This document shows, piece by piece, positions 1 to 13,680 of a stretch of 64,000 nt of DNA. Numbering within the stretch: the stretch's first letter is position 1; every line of letters begins with the position of its first letter. The DNA lies in assembly GCF_000315625.1 (NCBI RefSeq), contig NW_005434652.1:152348-216347 (forward strand). Direction: 5' to 3'. Made by a program: the position numbers and the translations under genes. This stretch comes from Guillardia theta CCMP2712. Its lineage: Eukaryota; Protista; Cryptophyta. The notes under the pieces were generated by a model. The model ran no database searches. It saw only the letters and a list, made by a program, of their open reading frames with translations, and had not been told where the DNA came from.

Positions 1-188
1 TATTGCATCGGGTGGAGATTCTTTGACCGAGCAACCTTGCGTTCGCTATCCCGGCAGTGGATTCCTTAACTTCCACTCGAGACACTGTAAACCCAAGGTT
101 CCCCCGCACGCTCCCGTTGACGATGTTGGCGTCGCTGCTCTGAGGATCAGAAGCCCCGACGTCCTCATCAGATGCGATGCCTGCGATC
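1..188 (-). CDS. Probable further 3' exon of the giant surface protein (after intron 189..414), running off the window
   Basis: The ORF stop overlaps a canonical donor AG|GTAAGC at 414. A pyrimidine-rich tract follows, then CAG| at 189. The spliced frame is open to position 1 (RIAGIASDEDVG...). Confidence 0.5.
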
Positions 189-410
189 CTGCGGCAAGAG
201 TCAGAGGAGAAAGAGGAGGGGGAGGAGAAGTTCTAGGGAGGAGGGAGGAAAGAGATGAGCGAAGGGGAGGCAAAGGCAAGGGTTTGAGGAGAGGCAAGAG
301 GGGAGGGAGGAGGGAGGAGGGAGGGGTAGAGTGAAAGGAGGAAGCGAGGGGGCGGAGGGAGAAGAGAGGACAGGACAGGCAGGGAGGAGGAGGAGATAGG
401 AGGGCAAGGC

Positions 411-3400
411 TTACCTCGACTCAATTCTTGACGCGGCGATTCGCTTCTCTTCGAGGCTATAGAAGTAGTCGCATGTCTCCATCGACTCCTGGGCTTGAAG
501 GGTTGCCTCGCTCCTCGCCCCTTCCCCTCCATCCTCCAGTGTCTCTTCCGCTACTTGTAGCCCTTCCACATGCTGAAATGGCTTCTCCTCCTTCTCCTTC
601 TCTTCTGTCTTCCCTCTATCCTCTCTCTTTCCTCTCTTCTCCTCCTCTTTCTCAAGCGGCAAGACTTCGATCTGCTCGCCCTTTCGGGACGTGACCTGCT
701 GCTGAATCTCGTGCATGTCTCGGTCTCGGGCGGTCACGTCAGGCGAGTCACGGGAGGGCAGGCGGGGGATGTCGATGCTGATGCTGTCGCGAGAGTTCGA
801 GGCCTCTCCGCGCACTCCCGAGCTGCTGTCGGTCCCCTCAGCAGGCAACGAGGAGCTGAGCTCAGACCCGTGGAGGTCCGGGCTTGTGATGATCTGCGAG
901 GTAAGGCTGACGACCTGGTCTGGCCCCAACCAGAGGGTGGAGGAATCAGCCTCTGCGTTTCCGTGCAGCACCGGCGGGGGAGGGGCGGGGGGAGGGGGAG
1001 GGCCGGTCAGGCTCGCGTCTACTTTCAGCGACTTGGCCATGCCCTTCCTCCTGCGCAACACGAACGCGAGCCCGACGGAGAGGAGGAAGGCGCCGGAGAT
1101 AGAGGATGCGATGATGATGGTGTTGGACGAAGATGACGATGGTGCAGAGGTCGCCTGCGCGGAAGTTTGCTGTGGGGATGACACTTCCTGGTAGTTTGAG
1201 ATGCCGACGAACCCGTTCTGCTTGATCTTGTCGTTGAGCGATGAGAACGACAACGCAGACGCGAAGTTTGCGATGCTGAAGTCTATCAGGTACGAGTGAC
1301 TCGCCCTCCGTTTCAGCAGCATGATCTTAGACATGATGACGTCATCCGCCTTCACCCCAGCTGTTTCAGCGACTGACTGCCGGAAGGTCAACTGGTCAGA
1401 AACGCTCAAGTAGCTGTTGGTGGTGAGCTGGACCCGGTAGCTGGACACAAACCCCTTCACGCACTGTCCCTGACTCACTCCGTTACACCCGCTCCAGTAG
1501 TATCCGTCTCCGCAGGCTTTGACCGCACAGGCAGAGCAGCTGGCGTCCGCCATCTGCGAGCAAGGAGCGGACTGATACTCCGTCAGAGAGCAGGTGGAGC
1601 AGCTCCTGCACTCTCCTGTCGACCCAGAGCCGCATCCTGTCCTGTACTGCCCCGAGCTGCAGGAGAGCGAGCTGCAGCTCGAGCACTTGGCGTCGCTCTT
1701 CCACGAGCAGTTCTGCAGGGCAAACTCGTCGGCCTTACACCTGCGGCAGGCCCTGCAGTCGCCCTGGTAGGACGGGGAGCAGGCAGACAAGAAGCTCGAG
1801 GCGTTACATCGCTTGCATTGCACGCAGTCGCTCAAGGAGGAGGAGCCTTGCGTGGAGTTGCGATACGCCGGACATTCAAGGCACGTCCCTCTCGCCTGAT
1901 CCTCGTACGTACCAGCAGGGCAGGCCTGACAGCCGTTGCTGGTGCTCTCGACATACCCGGGCATGCAGACGCAGCTCGTGCTGGAGGAGCTTGCTGCCGG
2001 CGACGTCGAGTGAGCGGGGCAGGCACTGCAGGAGCTTGACTCGTAGGAGGAGGAGTAGGTCCCAGCAGCACACGCCAGACACGCCTCGTTCGCCCTCTTG
2101 TAGCCGGGAAGGCACTGACAGGACGTCTGACCCGTCTGAGTGGTCGTAGAGTTTTGCGGGCAGGAGGAGCAGAGGGAGTTTCCTCGTCCTGCCTTGTACT
2201 TGCCTGCGCTACATGCGCTGCACTCAGTGATGGAACTTCGCTCGTAGCCCTCGTTGCAGGTACACTGCGATATCATCAAGCTCTTAGCAGGTGAGGTCGA
2301 GTGAGCTGGGCAGGCAGCACAGCTCGTGCCGGAGGTGTAGGAGCCCGCAAGATACTCGTCGGCAGCGCAGGTCGAGCAGTCCGTCTTCGTCTGATCGCAG
2401 TGACAGTCGTAGCTGCTGACCGAGCCGGGGGCTGAGGTGAAGTTGACAGGGCATACTTCGCAGCTCGTCTGGTTGAGGCGACTGTTGAAGGTGCCGCTGG
2501 GGCAGAGCTGGCAGGTACCGTTGAGGAGGAAGGACCCAGTCATGCACACACAGTCTGCACTAGAGGCGCTTCCCTTCCCTGCCGTCGTCCTTCCGCTCGG
2601 GCATTTCTTACAGCTGACGGCCCCGTCGGCATCCGCGTACTCCCCCACCGGACATTGGCTGCACTCCTTGGCTCCCTTCACGTCAGAGAAGCTCCCGAGG
2701 CCGCACGGGGCGCAGGCGGACTGGCCGAGCGAAGACGCGAAGGTCCCTGACGGGCAGCTCTCGCACGTGCGACCGTTGTCGGAGAAGCTTCCCTGACCGC
2801 AGGGGCTGCAGCCGACGTCAGAGTGCAGTCCGCAGGCTGTGGAGATGAAATGGCCGGCGGAGCAGTTGGAGCAGGCTCTGCAGGAGGCTGTAAGGCTGCC
2901 GCTGCATGCGAAGTAGCTGGAGGAGTTGTAGTAGACCCTGCAGTCCGAGCTCAGGCTTGACGTGATGTTGCACCCGTCGAGGTAGTATCCACTCCGACAG
3001 TCATACCATCGCACGCAGCTCGTCATGCTCTGATCCTGCCCCACGAAGACTCCGATGCTGCTTGAGCTGCTGGCTTGAAGGAGTCTGCGACCGGAGGAAG
3101 ACTTGTTGCACTGGCATATGACGTAACCGTTGTCAAACTCAGAAGCATTCATCTGACAAGCCATCTCTCCACCTGCGACCGTCGCACACAGCAGTTGTGT
3201 CTTCATGAGAGCGCGCTCGTAGTCGTTCTGGGGGAGTGAGATGGGGATGTAGAGGCTGACGGGCGTTGAGAGGGGCATGGCTCCCCACGCGTTGGAGTGG
3301 AGGGACAGCTGGACGAGGTGAGAACGAGACAGCAGGCTCTCGTTCATCTTCGCTCCCTCGAAGTGCATCAGGTTGGTCGAGATGAAGTAGTACGGGCCAG

Positions 3401-6400
3401 CCCCTGCAACCCCTTGAGGGAACTCAACCCGCATGGTGCTCTGCTCCCTTGCGCTCGCCTGGTCTGAAGGTAAGGGGACCGTCATCGCAGACGGAGAGTC
3501 CGACTGGTACGCTCGAATGCCCGACGAGACCAGTCCGGACTGAAAGTTCTTCTGCAGTCCGGGGATCATCGACTTGGCAAAAAGGCCGAGGTTGAGGTTG
3601 AGGTTGGTGCTGATGCTCGCGGCGCGCGCGTGGAGGTCAGCCCCGGTCTCGTTGAGCTCGAAGCTCATGCTCAAGCACGCGCTGGAGATGTCTGTCACAG
3701 ACTGCACTGTGGAGCTCTTCTGAATGCTCCCCTGGTACTGGGCGATGAGGTCGGTGAGGAGAGATGAGATGTTGCCGGGGATGCTGACCCTTGCAGTTGG
3801 GATGATGCTGGAGACGGCGAGGAGGGTGTTCAAGACCTGGGAGTAGTAGCTCTCCGAGGGCAGCAACTTGTCTTTCTCTCCCAGCAGGGTGTCCAGCATA
3901 AAGTTGACGGCAGCGTCGCGGTTGGCTTGCGAAGAAGCTTCAATGGCTGCGGCAGAGATCATCTGATTCGCCCCGAACGAGTTCCCCTTGTCCACAGCGC
4001 TGGAGATCGACGCCTGCACCTGATCCCACACCTCCATGAAGCTCTGACCCAACATGCGGCGGCGCCCCCACCCGACGGAGAGGACGTCGCTCACGTTGTG
4101 CGACTGAGACCCGAGGCTGTCGGTGACGAGCGCCAGGACTCGAATATTGCCTGACGGGAGCTGCATCTCGATAGAGCTGAGAAGAGAGGGAGGGAACCAG
4201 TGGACCTGCCCAGCTGCTGGGTCGAAGAAGCCGAAGGAGTAGCTCAGGGGCACGTTCACGTCAGACCAGCCGCTGCAGGTCATGACGAAGGTGTCGATGA
4301 GAGGCTTACCGGCCTTGAGACATTCGCTGGAGGAGGAGGAGGAGGAGGAGGAGGAGGAGGAGGAGGAGGAGGAGAAAGATGGTTTGAGGCAGACTTGACA
4401 AGTTCCTCCTGAGGGTGGCGAGTTGATCTTTGTGCTCACCATGGCCTGCCCGACATAGGAGTTGAGAATACAGGAGAAGGTGATGTTGTAAGTGATTTCA
4501 GCAGTGAAAGCTGAGCCCTGCGCTATGAAACTGAAGCTCGTCCATCCCAGAGGAAACTCGTTTACGTTGGTGCTATCGGCAGAGAGCCGCGGGCTGATCT
4601 GCCATGAAGGAACGCTGGAGGGGTTGTCGCAGGATCCTTGCAGAGCCAGCTGGTCGGTAGAGCTCATGGTGATGAGGGAGTCTGACTGATCCAGGTTGCC
4701 GAAGGAGGCGATGGAAGCGACGGGCACGTAGGTACTCGAGACATTGACTGTGATGCTGCTGCTGGAAGGGGTCAGCCCGGCCTTGAGGACAGTGAGGGTC
4801 ATGAGGTAGGGGGAGAAGAGCGAGCCTCCTATCAGCGACGTGTTGAGGGAGATGGAGGGCCCCGACGGCATCGCAAACGCGTTTCCACTGTTGTCAGTGC
4901 AAGGGGAGGAGGCGCCGGACACCATGTAGGAGCAGGTCCAGACGTACTGCAGGTTTTGATTGACGTTGGACGGCACGTTGGGATCGCGAGACTGGCTGCC
5001 GTCAAGGGTGAGAGCTGAAGACTGAGGGATGGAGACGTAGGAGCCTCCGCTGATCGAGGCGACGAGGGGGAGAGCGGAGGTGACCACCTGATAGGAGAAG
5101 GAGGTCGAGGACGCCAAGCCCTGCTGGGAGACCGTCAAGGTGAAGGTGTAAGTCTGCGCGGACTGCAGGGCCGACCAAGGGACCCACAAGATGCTGGAGG
5201 CTTGCGTGAGGTACTTGGACTGTATGGCCGGCCCTTGCGCTTGCGACCACAGGAAGGTCATGCTAGTCTGAGCGGTGGAGCACTTGGAGTACTCGGCGCT
5301 GACGGTGACAAGCACGTCTTGATTGGGCTGAAGTTGCATGGGAGACGAGGGAGTCATCTTGATCTGCGGGATGGGACTCTGAACGCGCTCTACGGAGATG
5401 ACTTGCTGGGTGCTGGAGATACCCATGAAGTCCGTGACCACCAGCGCGATCATGTACGTGACGCCTGTCTTGAGGCTCGTCGAGCTCGGGTCAAAGGTGA
5501 CTATACTAGCTGAGGTGGGGAGGAGGGAGAGGGTGGCGTTCAATGAGTTGTCGTTGAGGCAGCTCCACTGGTAGGTCAGGGGCCGGGAGCTCGCACTTGA
5601 CGTCTGGATGACGAGCTGAGAACAAGCATCGATCTTCTGAGGAGCGTAGAGCTCTACCGCTGGTGGGGTGGGAACATTCGGAACGCTGATGACGGCCTGA
5701 GAGTTTGACTTGTGGGAGATGCCGTTGAGGGTTCTGACGTTGACGACTCGTATGGAGTTACCAGGAATGACTGTGGCTCCTTGACCGAGCAGAATCGAAA
5801 CCTGCGAGCTCGAGATCCATGTGCAGCTGGGCGGGCTCGCGGCTCCCAACCCCAGCAGAGACGGCAGGATGGCTGAGCACGAGGAGGAGGTTCCCATCCC
5901 TCCCTGATCGGTCGGCTGGTCAAAGGTCAAACTAATCACGTTGCCGCTCCCTTGAAACCTGGCGCTGGTGACGCTGGGCGGGGACCAGTAGGAGAAGTCG
6001 GTCGAGGTCGAGATGGAGCTGTCTTGCAAGGAGGCAACCACAAGGCTCACCACCGCACTTCCATCTTCAAGGGAGCAGGATGCGCACGTGTAGTCCGGCG
6101 GAACGACCAGCATGTACACCACGTTTGACTGCATGGAGATGAAGGTCACTTGCTTGGCTGGCAGACCTCCGACGGTGACTTGTAGGTCAGACTGGGCAGA
6201 GGCCAAGGACGTGTAGGGCATCCCCTTGGCAGAGACGTTGAGCGCTTGACCGCCGGTCGTTGGAGACATGCAGCCTGTGCCGAGGCATCGGACGTACTTG
6301 GAGTCGTCGACGATGGCGATGGAGAAGCTCAGCTGGTTCTGCCCTACCTGAGGGCTCAAGGTGAGATCTATGCCCCCACCCCAGATGCCCAACAGGTTCC

Positions 6401-9400
6401 TAGGCACGCCTATCTGAAAGCTGACCCGGTTCGCATCCAAGCTCTTGATCTCCGCTACCCCTCCGACAGTTCGCCCTTGAGATCCATCGAAGTTGAAGGT
6501 CGCGAGGGCAGGGCTGACCAGCTGTCCCTGCTCCACCTTCACCCTCTGAATCCACGAGTAGAGGTTGTCTACCACCACCTCCACCACGTTGTCTGAGCTC
6601 TGATCCAACAGGGCAGATGTCGGGACGTAGCCTAGCGGTGGCTTGTCGTCCAAGCAGTGATCCCTCACTATACAGGCCCCTCGCACTCGCGAGCATGATC
6701 GACAGAAGCGAGTTGAAGTCACCGAAGGGTTGGGTTGGTAGTATGCGAGTGTTGTCGAGGCGCTTGCGGAGTAGCTGCCGCACGTGCTGGGGAGCAGGGG
6801 AGAGGAGGAGGAGCTGGTGTATCCTATCGCGACCTTGACTTGTCCGGTGTAGACGCTGCCGAAGAGAGACTTGGAGGGGGGAGTCACCACCTCAACCTGC
6901 GTCCCTGAGGCAGCGCTGCTGACCTTGTGCACGCCACAAGCGATGGGGCATAAAGAAAATACGGTACAGTTGCACAAGTGATTGTTGAAGAGGAGCTTCA
7001 CGCTGCCGACGGAAGTCAGAGGGAAGTGACTGAGGGTGAAGGTCATGCGGTAGGCCGCAGGTCCTCCCTCGGACAAGCTCGTCCTGCCGTCCACAGAGAT
7101 CTGCTTCACGCTCTGCGCCAGCACCAGGGGGGTCCCGAAGACCTCAAGATAGAAGGTCAGAGGCCCGTTGACGCCCACGACGATCCCAGCAGCATCCAAC
7201 GGAGGGACCAGCAGGTTGACCTCGACATAGTTGACCGACGCGGAGGAAGTTCGGCTGACGATGGTGAACTTGTCAGTTGTTTTCGGACCCAAGGTGAAGG
7301 TGGAGCCCTGCAGCTCGCCTGTCTGCGGGTCCAGCAGCCCCCAGGCCTTGATGGTCACGTTCCCTCCTGTGGTGGGGAGACTGCAGGGAGAGACAAGAGA
7401 CAGACGAGGAGTGAAGGTGTAGGTGAAGTTGACCGAGACTCCTCCTGCCTCCGCTGTCACGATGTACTTCTGAGCCGTTGCCTTACACTGAACATCCAAA
7501 GTGAGCTGTAAGTTCGCACCAGCAGCAACAGAGCTGGAGACAGAGTAGGAAAGCCCGTTCATCTTCGGACTGGAGGTGGTTGGGAAGTTTCGAAGAACGA
7601 CAGTGACTTTTTGAGAATCAGCCGATGAGCCGCAGACAAGTTGAGTGTTGGGACTGACGGCCAGGATCTTGGGAGTGTTTGTTGCCAAGAGGTCAATGGG
7701 GAAGGATAACAAGTTGCTTCCTGCCTGTATGCGGCAAGTCACAGACCCGACAAAGTCGTCAGGCCTAGAAATCGCTGAGATCAGACTGTAACTGCGGCAG
7801 CGACCGGCCCCGCTGCAGATTGAGTTGACGGTGCTGATGGAGGCGCTGACGTTGCTGTCTGAGCAGGAGACATTAAAGGAGGAGGACGCGAGTCCACTCG
7901 GCAGGTTCTGGGCGGTAAGGAAGACTTGAAGGCTCAGGTCCGAGCTTGTCATGGGGTACTGCGTCGAGATTGAAGGAGGAGGATCCTTCAAGACTCGGAC
8001 GGGGAACTCAGCAGAGAGCAGTCTTTGGATTTGGTCGTGACAGGGAGATGGGATATCATACCATTGACACATCCACTTCTGAGCTGTGAACCCTATCGTT
8101 ACAGACAAGTTGCCAATGCTCCAGGACCCTGACGGGGGGGAGACGCTGAGCCAAACTTTTGTACTGGCGATGGTGGAGGACTGAATGGTAACGGTCGAGA
8201 AGACGCTCTGAGACCCGTCGGAGACATTAGCTGATGCCGCTGAGGTGAAGTTGGACTTTGGGAATCTGGAGATGTTCTTGACGTCAAGGTGAAGTTTCAA
8301 GGCATCAGACTCGTGGATGTAAGCGGTAGATATGTAGGTGATAGCGATGGGGCCAACAAGCTTCGGCAGGACCTCTAGCGTGAAGTTTGCTGACTGTATC
8401 AGCGCTGTCTGGCTTGCGCCTCCCACATTCATGCTGACGGTTCCTGTGGCTATCCCTGCAAACCCGCTGCCCGACACCGTCAGGTTCAACACGCCGCTCG
8501 AGAGCTGGAGGCTGCTGCCGACAGCCGCAGTGTAAGATGACACTTGCAGCTGGAGCTGAGCTGAGCTGATTGACAACTGAAAGTCTGCTATGGTCAGGGC
8601 TGGAAAGTTTTGAACCCAAAGCTGAATAGTCTTGGCAGCTGCGAGGTTAGTCTGCGAGGGATACACGCTCGTGATCTGAGCGGGGGGGATCTGATAGGCA
8701 GATACACAGAACTTGTCTTGGCAGGAGATCGGAGCTGACTGATTGATCTGCAGGTAGTCCGGGTAGTTGAGCCCGCAAAAGACGTCGAAGTTGCAGGGAG
8801 GCTGCATTTGCAAGCTAGCGTTGAGGATGGACGTGGAGGGATCCTTGTGAGTGAAGATCTTGAGAGTTCGATTTCCATTCACTGTCGTCGGAGGGATCAG
8901 CAACGTGACCTGAGATCGGCTACATCCCGCACCCTGTGAGCAAGTTGTGGTGTCGACAACAGACAAGACCTTGCAAGAGACTTGCTGCCCAAAGTCGATC
9001 TTTGCGCTCACTTGGTCAGGGCTCAGTCCTTTAGGAAAGTTTGTGATCAACAGAGTCACTTGAGTCTGAAGCTGGAGATTTCTTCCTGCCACTGTTGTGG
9101 ATATTGGAGCAGCAGAAGGCTGGATGGAGAAGAGAAGGACCTTGGTGTCCTCGTAGAACTGAAAGTTGAACGACAAGGAATGGTATTGCCCAGAAGCATA
9201 GACATCAACAGTTATCGTGACCCGACCAGCAGATGCTTGTGAGGGGATCGTGTACAAAATCAAAGAAGTTGTTCCTGAGTAGATAGAAACTGAGCTGACC
9301 TGCAATATTGAAGTCTTGCTAGACTGCATGGAGACGTTCAACCAACTGTGATTGGAAGAGTAATATTCCTGCGGGAAATTCTTAATGAACAATGTTGCTT

Positions 9401-12400
9401 GCGTTGCTGACCCGGTGAATGCGCTGGTCTGGGTGGGAGGAATTTCCTTCATCGGGGGAATGTCATGGAGAGTGAAGTCGATAGATTGTGTGTGATAGCA
9501 AGGACTCGAGCAATTAGCTGGCAAAATCAAGATCTTCGCATGTTGTCCTTGCACAGATGGCGTGCAAAGCGAAAGGTATAAGTCCGTCGCTGTTGATATC
9601 GACTGAAGGTTGAACGAGCCATTCACTGACGTGCATCCTCCGTTACTGGAACGAGGCGACAGACTGACAGCGCCGAACTGAACAGCAAGACAAGAAGACT
9701 GGTCGGAGAGACACGTCTGTATCGACAAGGGGACTCGAAAGTACCTCAAGTGTATCATCACCTTCTGAAACCCGGAGTTCAACCCCTGTGTTGGAAGAGC
9801 TGAGACAATCAGGGGCGGGCTATGAACAAAGACAAAATGAAACATGACAAGTTTGCTGATCGTGACGTTCACGAACTTGGTATTTGCTTGTTGCCCTAGG
9901 TTGTAACTTGGAAGTTGAAGGGTTATCAGAGCTGTCTTGGAGCTCTGTTGCTGGCTAACCACCTGAACAGCAATAGCACCAGGAAAGATGGATGCGTTGG
10001 CGTTCAGAGATGGCGGGAAGTTTTGGATTTGCACTTGAATTTGCTCCCCTCCGAAATCAGACCCCTGCGTGGAAGAGAGGTAGGTGACGCGGGGCAGGTT
10101 GTCGTTGTAATACGTCACAGTGAACCACCACTGAGTGCAGGAGAGACAGCAGGTGGAGGGGCACTGCAACTGATCCGCTCCGATCAAGATGGTGCCGCAA
10201 GACAAGGTCTGATTGCTGTCAGTCGAGACATCGATTGAAAGCACGGTCTCATTTGTGCTGCTCATGTACTGGACGGATTTGACGGGCAACAGCTGGCCAT
10301 CAAGACAGACAGACAAAGGACGACGAGAGGAGGTTCGCGAGAGCGTCAAGAAGAGAGTCAGGGATCGCGACAGCGGTAGAGAAATGGCCTGCTGCCCAGC
10401 ACTCGAGGAAGAGACTTGGCCTTGATCAGAAGTGATCTTAGCGATCTTGGGTGCTGACGGGTCCGTGATGATCAACGACTGAAAGCTAGCAACAGGATCA
10501 GTCGCGTTCACATAGTCATACACGATCAGATCCACATGCCCAACCGAAAAGGAGGATGACACGTCCACCTCAACCGTCAGTGTCCCTAGACTGTACATGG
10601 CCACGTCCTTGTGGCATCGCGGCGATCGCACGTTGATTACTCTGTCCCACCACCGGAACTGAACAGTGATAGAGGAGCAGGTGATGGGCTGAATGTCAAC
10701 CGACGGCGAGGACGTCACGAGTCGCATTCCCGGCATGTTGCTGATGTTGAAGCTGATGGTCTCCGAGAACGTGGTGGTCGCTATGCTGGTCGACGGTGAG
10801 ATGGAGGAGGGAGGGATGTATGGCGATCGCGTCGCAAAGTATCGAAACCCGCGATAAGTGCAGTGCACCAGCTGACCGTCGACCTTGCAGGAACTTGACG
10901 GCAGCACCGGCGATGACATGTTAATGAAGACATGCACGTCCACTGTGAACGCCTCTATCACCGCAGGCATACGAAATGAAACTGATACAGCGCTCACGCA
11001 CAAGGAGCAGGGAACGCCGCCAACTATGGCAAGGTGGGACACAAGAGCGTAGCTCAGGTTGCCTCCGTCCTCATCCGTCAATCTGACAGTCACGTCCCCG
11101 GGCAGCAGCGTCGCCGGGGCGTTAGTGAGGGTGATGTTGGCGTCTTGCTGGCAGAGCACGTGGCCCGACGTTGGGCTCATGTCGGTCATGGTCATGGGGA
11201 ACAGCTTGAGGATGTGGATAGGCACTCTCACTTCTCGCTTGCACCCGGTCACGTTATCCCCGCACAGCGACACGACAAGATCGTACGCTCCTCCCGCATC
11301 CATCGGGTAGGCCACGCGAACGAGGATGGTGAGCACGCGACTGATGACGTCCAAGGACCATCCGGGCAGGAGCTTGACACTCAAGGGCGAAGAGGACAAG
11401 ACTGTAGGATCCAGAGGGTCTGTCTGCTCCGTAACAATCGATATCCGGACAACCCCGCTTTGATAGAAGGAGATAAATGAAGTAGCCGTGGCATTGGTCG
11501 ATTCCAGTGAAGGATAGTTGTAGCAAGTTCCTTGTCCTTGGCTTCCACACCCGTGTCGATATTGACCAGGGGCGCACGTCAGCTGCGAGCAATTCATGCA
11601 GACTGTGTCGCTCCTCTCGGTACAGTCTGTCGCTGCATATTGAGAGGCAGAACAGGAGGAGCAGGGCGTACACTCGCCGCCCCGTCCGAAGCCACAATTG
11701 CTGAGGAAGAACCCCGCTGTACAAGTGCGCTCCCAACAGGAAGCACACTCCCAGGCGAGCTGAGAGCTGTTGGTCTTCGTCCAGTATTGATGGGCATCGC
11801 ACTCTGTCTGGTTGCACCTCTCCCCTCCCCATCCGTTGTAGCACTGGCACCTACCGTCTCCCCCGCACGTCCCATGACCATAGCAAGTCACTTCGGCCTG
11901 GCAATACGTCGAACACTGGGTCCGTAGAGAGGCGGCTGACATTGAATGTCGCAGACTTCCCCAGCCCAGCCTTGGAAGCATTTGCAGCTCCCGTCCCCTT
12001 GACAGATCCCGTTCCCGTTACATGTTTCTTTGTTTGAGCAATATCGATCGCAATGCAGCCCATACAGATCTGTCGCACAAGACAAACACGTGGGACCTGC
12101 TGAGTGTGATGTACATTCACAGATTCCCTTCTGTGTGCAAGTAGAGTTAACGCTGATCGCTGCCTGACACTCCGAGTCCGTCGAGCATTCGTGTTGATAC
12201 AAAGTTTTTTCGACATCGCAATTTGTGCCAGCCCAGCCTTGGAAGCATTTGCAGCTCCCGTCCCCTTGACAGATCCCGTTCCCGTTACATGTTGCTTCGT
12301 TTGAGCAATATCGATCGCAATGCAGCCCATACAGATCTGTCGCACAAGACAAACACGTGGGACCTGCTGAGTGTGATGTACATTCACAGATTCCCTTCTG

Positions 12401-12712
12401 TGTGCAAGTAGAGTTAACGCTGATCGCTGCCTGACACTCCGAGTCCGTCGAGCATTCGTGTTGATACAAAGTTTTTTCGACATCGCAATTTGTGCCAGCC
12501 CAGCCTTGGAAGCATTGACAACTGCCATCTCCTTGGCAATATCCGTGTCCGCTACATGTTGCTTCGTTTGAGCAATGTTGGGTGCAATCAGCACCGTAAA
12601 AGTCTAGAGAGCAAGATTTGCCGATCACATCGACTGACATGCAACTACAGGAGCAGAGGAGCAGCAGCAGGGCTGGAAGGAGCATACATCTCTTGATTGT
12701 TAGCTTCTTCCC
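411..12712 (-). CDS. Giant single-pass cell-surface protein: signal peptide, EGF-like and TNFR-like Cys repeats, IPT/TIG-like beta repeats, PKD/REJ-like region, GPS-like Cys motif, GCC2/GCC3 (ephrin-receptor-like) repeats, TM helix, Pro-rich tail
   Basis: ORF 11888..12739 (hydrophobic LLPALLLLLCSCSC, then C..HG.C.GDG.C.C..GW.G EGF repeats) joins ORF 411..11981 across a 1-nt frameshift at ~11918-11920. REJ-like motifs ISGGS...LTLDGSQSRDP and NSPPSGGTC...CSGWSD..PLSYSF; CPSGTF/CPVGEY repeats; TM IIIASSISGAFLLSVGLAFVL followed by RRRK. The start codon position is approximate. Confidence 0.85.
11971..12515 (-). repeat. Near-perfect coding tandem duplication, 267-bp (89-aa) period, EGF-like module
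   Basis: CTTGGAAGCA recurs at 11971, 12238 and 12505; the peptide CFQGWAGTNCDVEKTLYQHEC...CQGDGSCK is repeated. Confidence 0.95.
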
Positions 12713-13680
12713 CATCTCCGAGCCTTCACTTCGCTCCACCCATAGGTTTCAGCAACCTCCTATCCGCATCTAAAAACCATGATTTTACATTTAAAACCTT
12801 ATATAGTCCAGCTCGATTTCACTACAAGAACTTTTATAACTCTACAAGTGAGAGAAAGCTGGTACAATCACCCTAGCACAACTTTATATGCTATTGAATA
12901 ATATACTTTGTACCCGGGGACAGGTACAGTGAGTTCGACAAGGCGTTGCTACCAGCTGATGTTCTAGTTATTAGTTGACCGTGATGGCTTTTCGGATCAA
13001 CCACCCTTACCCCCATTTTACATCTACAAAGGGAGGGTATAATGAAGGAAAAGGTTGATTTTAAAAAGATCTAGTACTGAAGAGAAAGTACCAGCTTGAG
13101 TAGACTGAAATTTTGAGGGTCGTGACGGTACCTCCGACGTTAAAACCTGCGATCTTATCTGTATGCCTTTTCGCCGCGTGCAGTCGCACAGCCTCTACTA
13201 CTGCACTACTACTACATCTTTTACTCAACTAAGAAACCTAAACTTCTGCTATCACCGGGGTTTAGGCGATTGAAGTAATAAATTTAAAAATATCGCGCCC
13301 CCCCCCCCCCCCCGGGGTCCACCCGGCCCTGGGCAAGGGATTTGGGGCAAGGGATTTGGCAACCGTTGAACGGGGGGGGCCGGAATCCCCCCCGTTGCCG
13401 ACTCGGTACTCAGCCCGGCCGCGAGACCTGGGCGCATGACGGTTACTACGGTCCCCCCGGGGCCCCCCGGCCCCCCCGGGGCCCCCCGGCCCACCCCCCG
13501 CCCCCACGGACCAACCATCAACAGCCCGCCCCAGAGCCCGCCCGCTCAGGCCCCAGCGAGAGTCAATTGTCAGAGTAACATATACTTCGGAAAGTGGCAG
13601 CAGCAGATAAAAGTCTGTCAGATGACAACGGTTTCTTGATGTTTTCTCTTCACTTTATGCATGACGGTATAGGTGAGAGG

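Noticed and set aside
428-11927. Numerous + strand and alternate-frame ORFs overlapping the giant gene
   Set aside because: Shadow ORFs of GC-rich coding sequence with no recognisable motifs.
13255-13268. GGGGTTTAGG as an interstitial telomere seed
   Set aside because: Single unit only; not an array.
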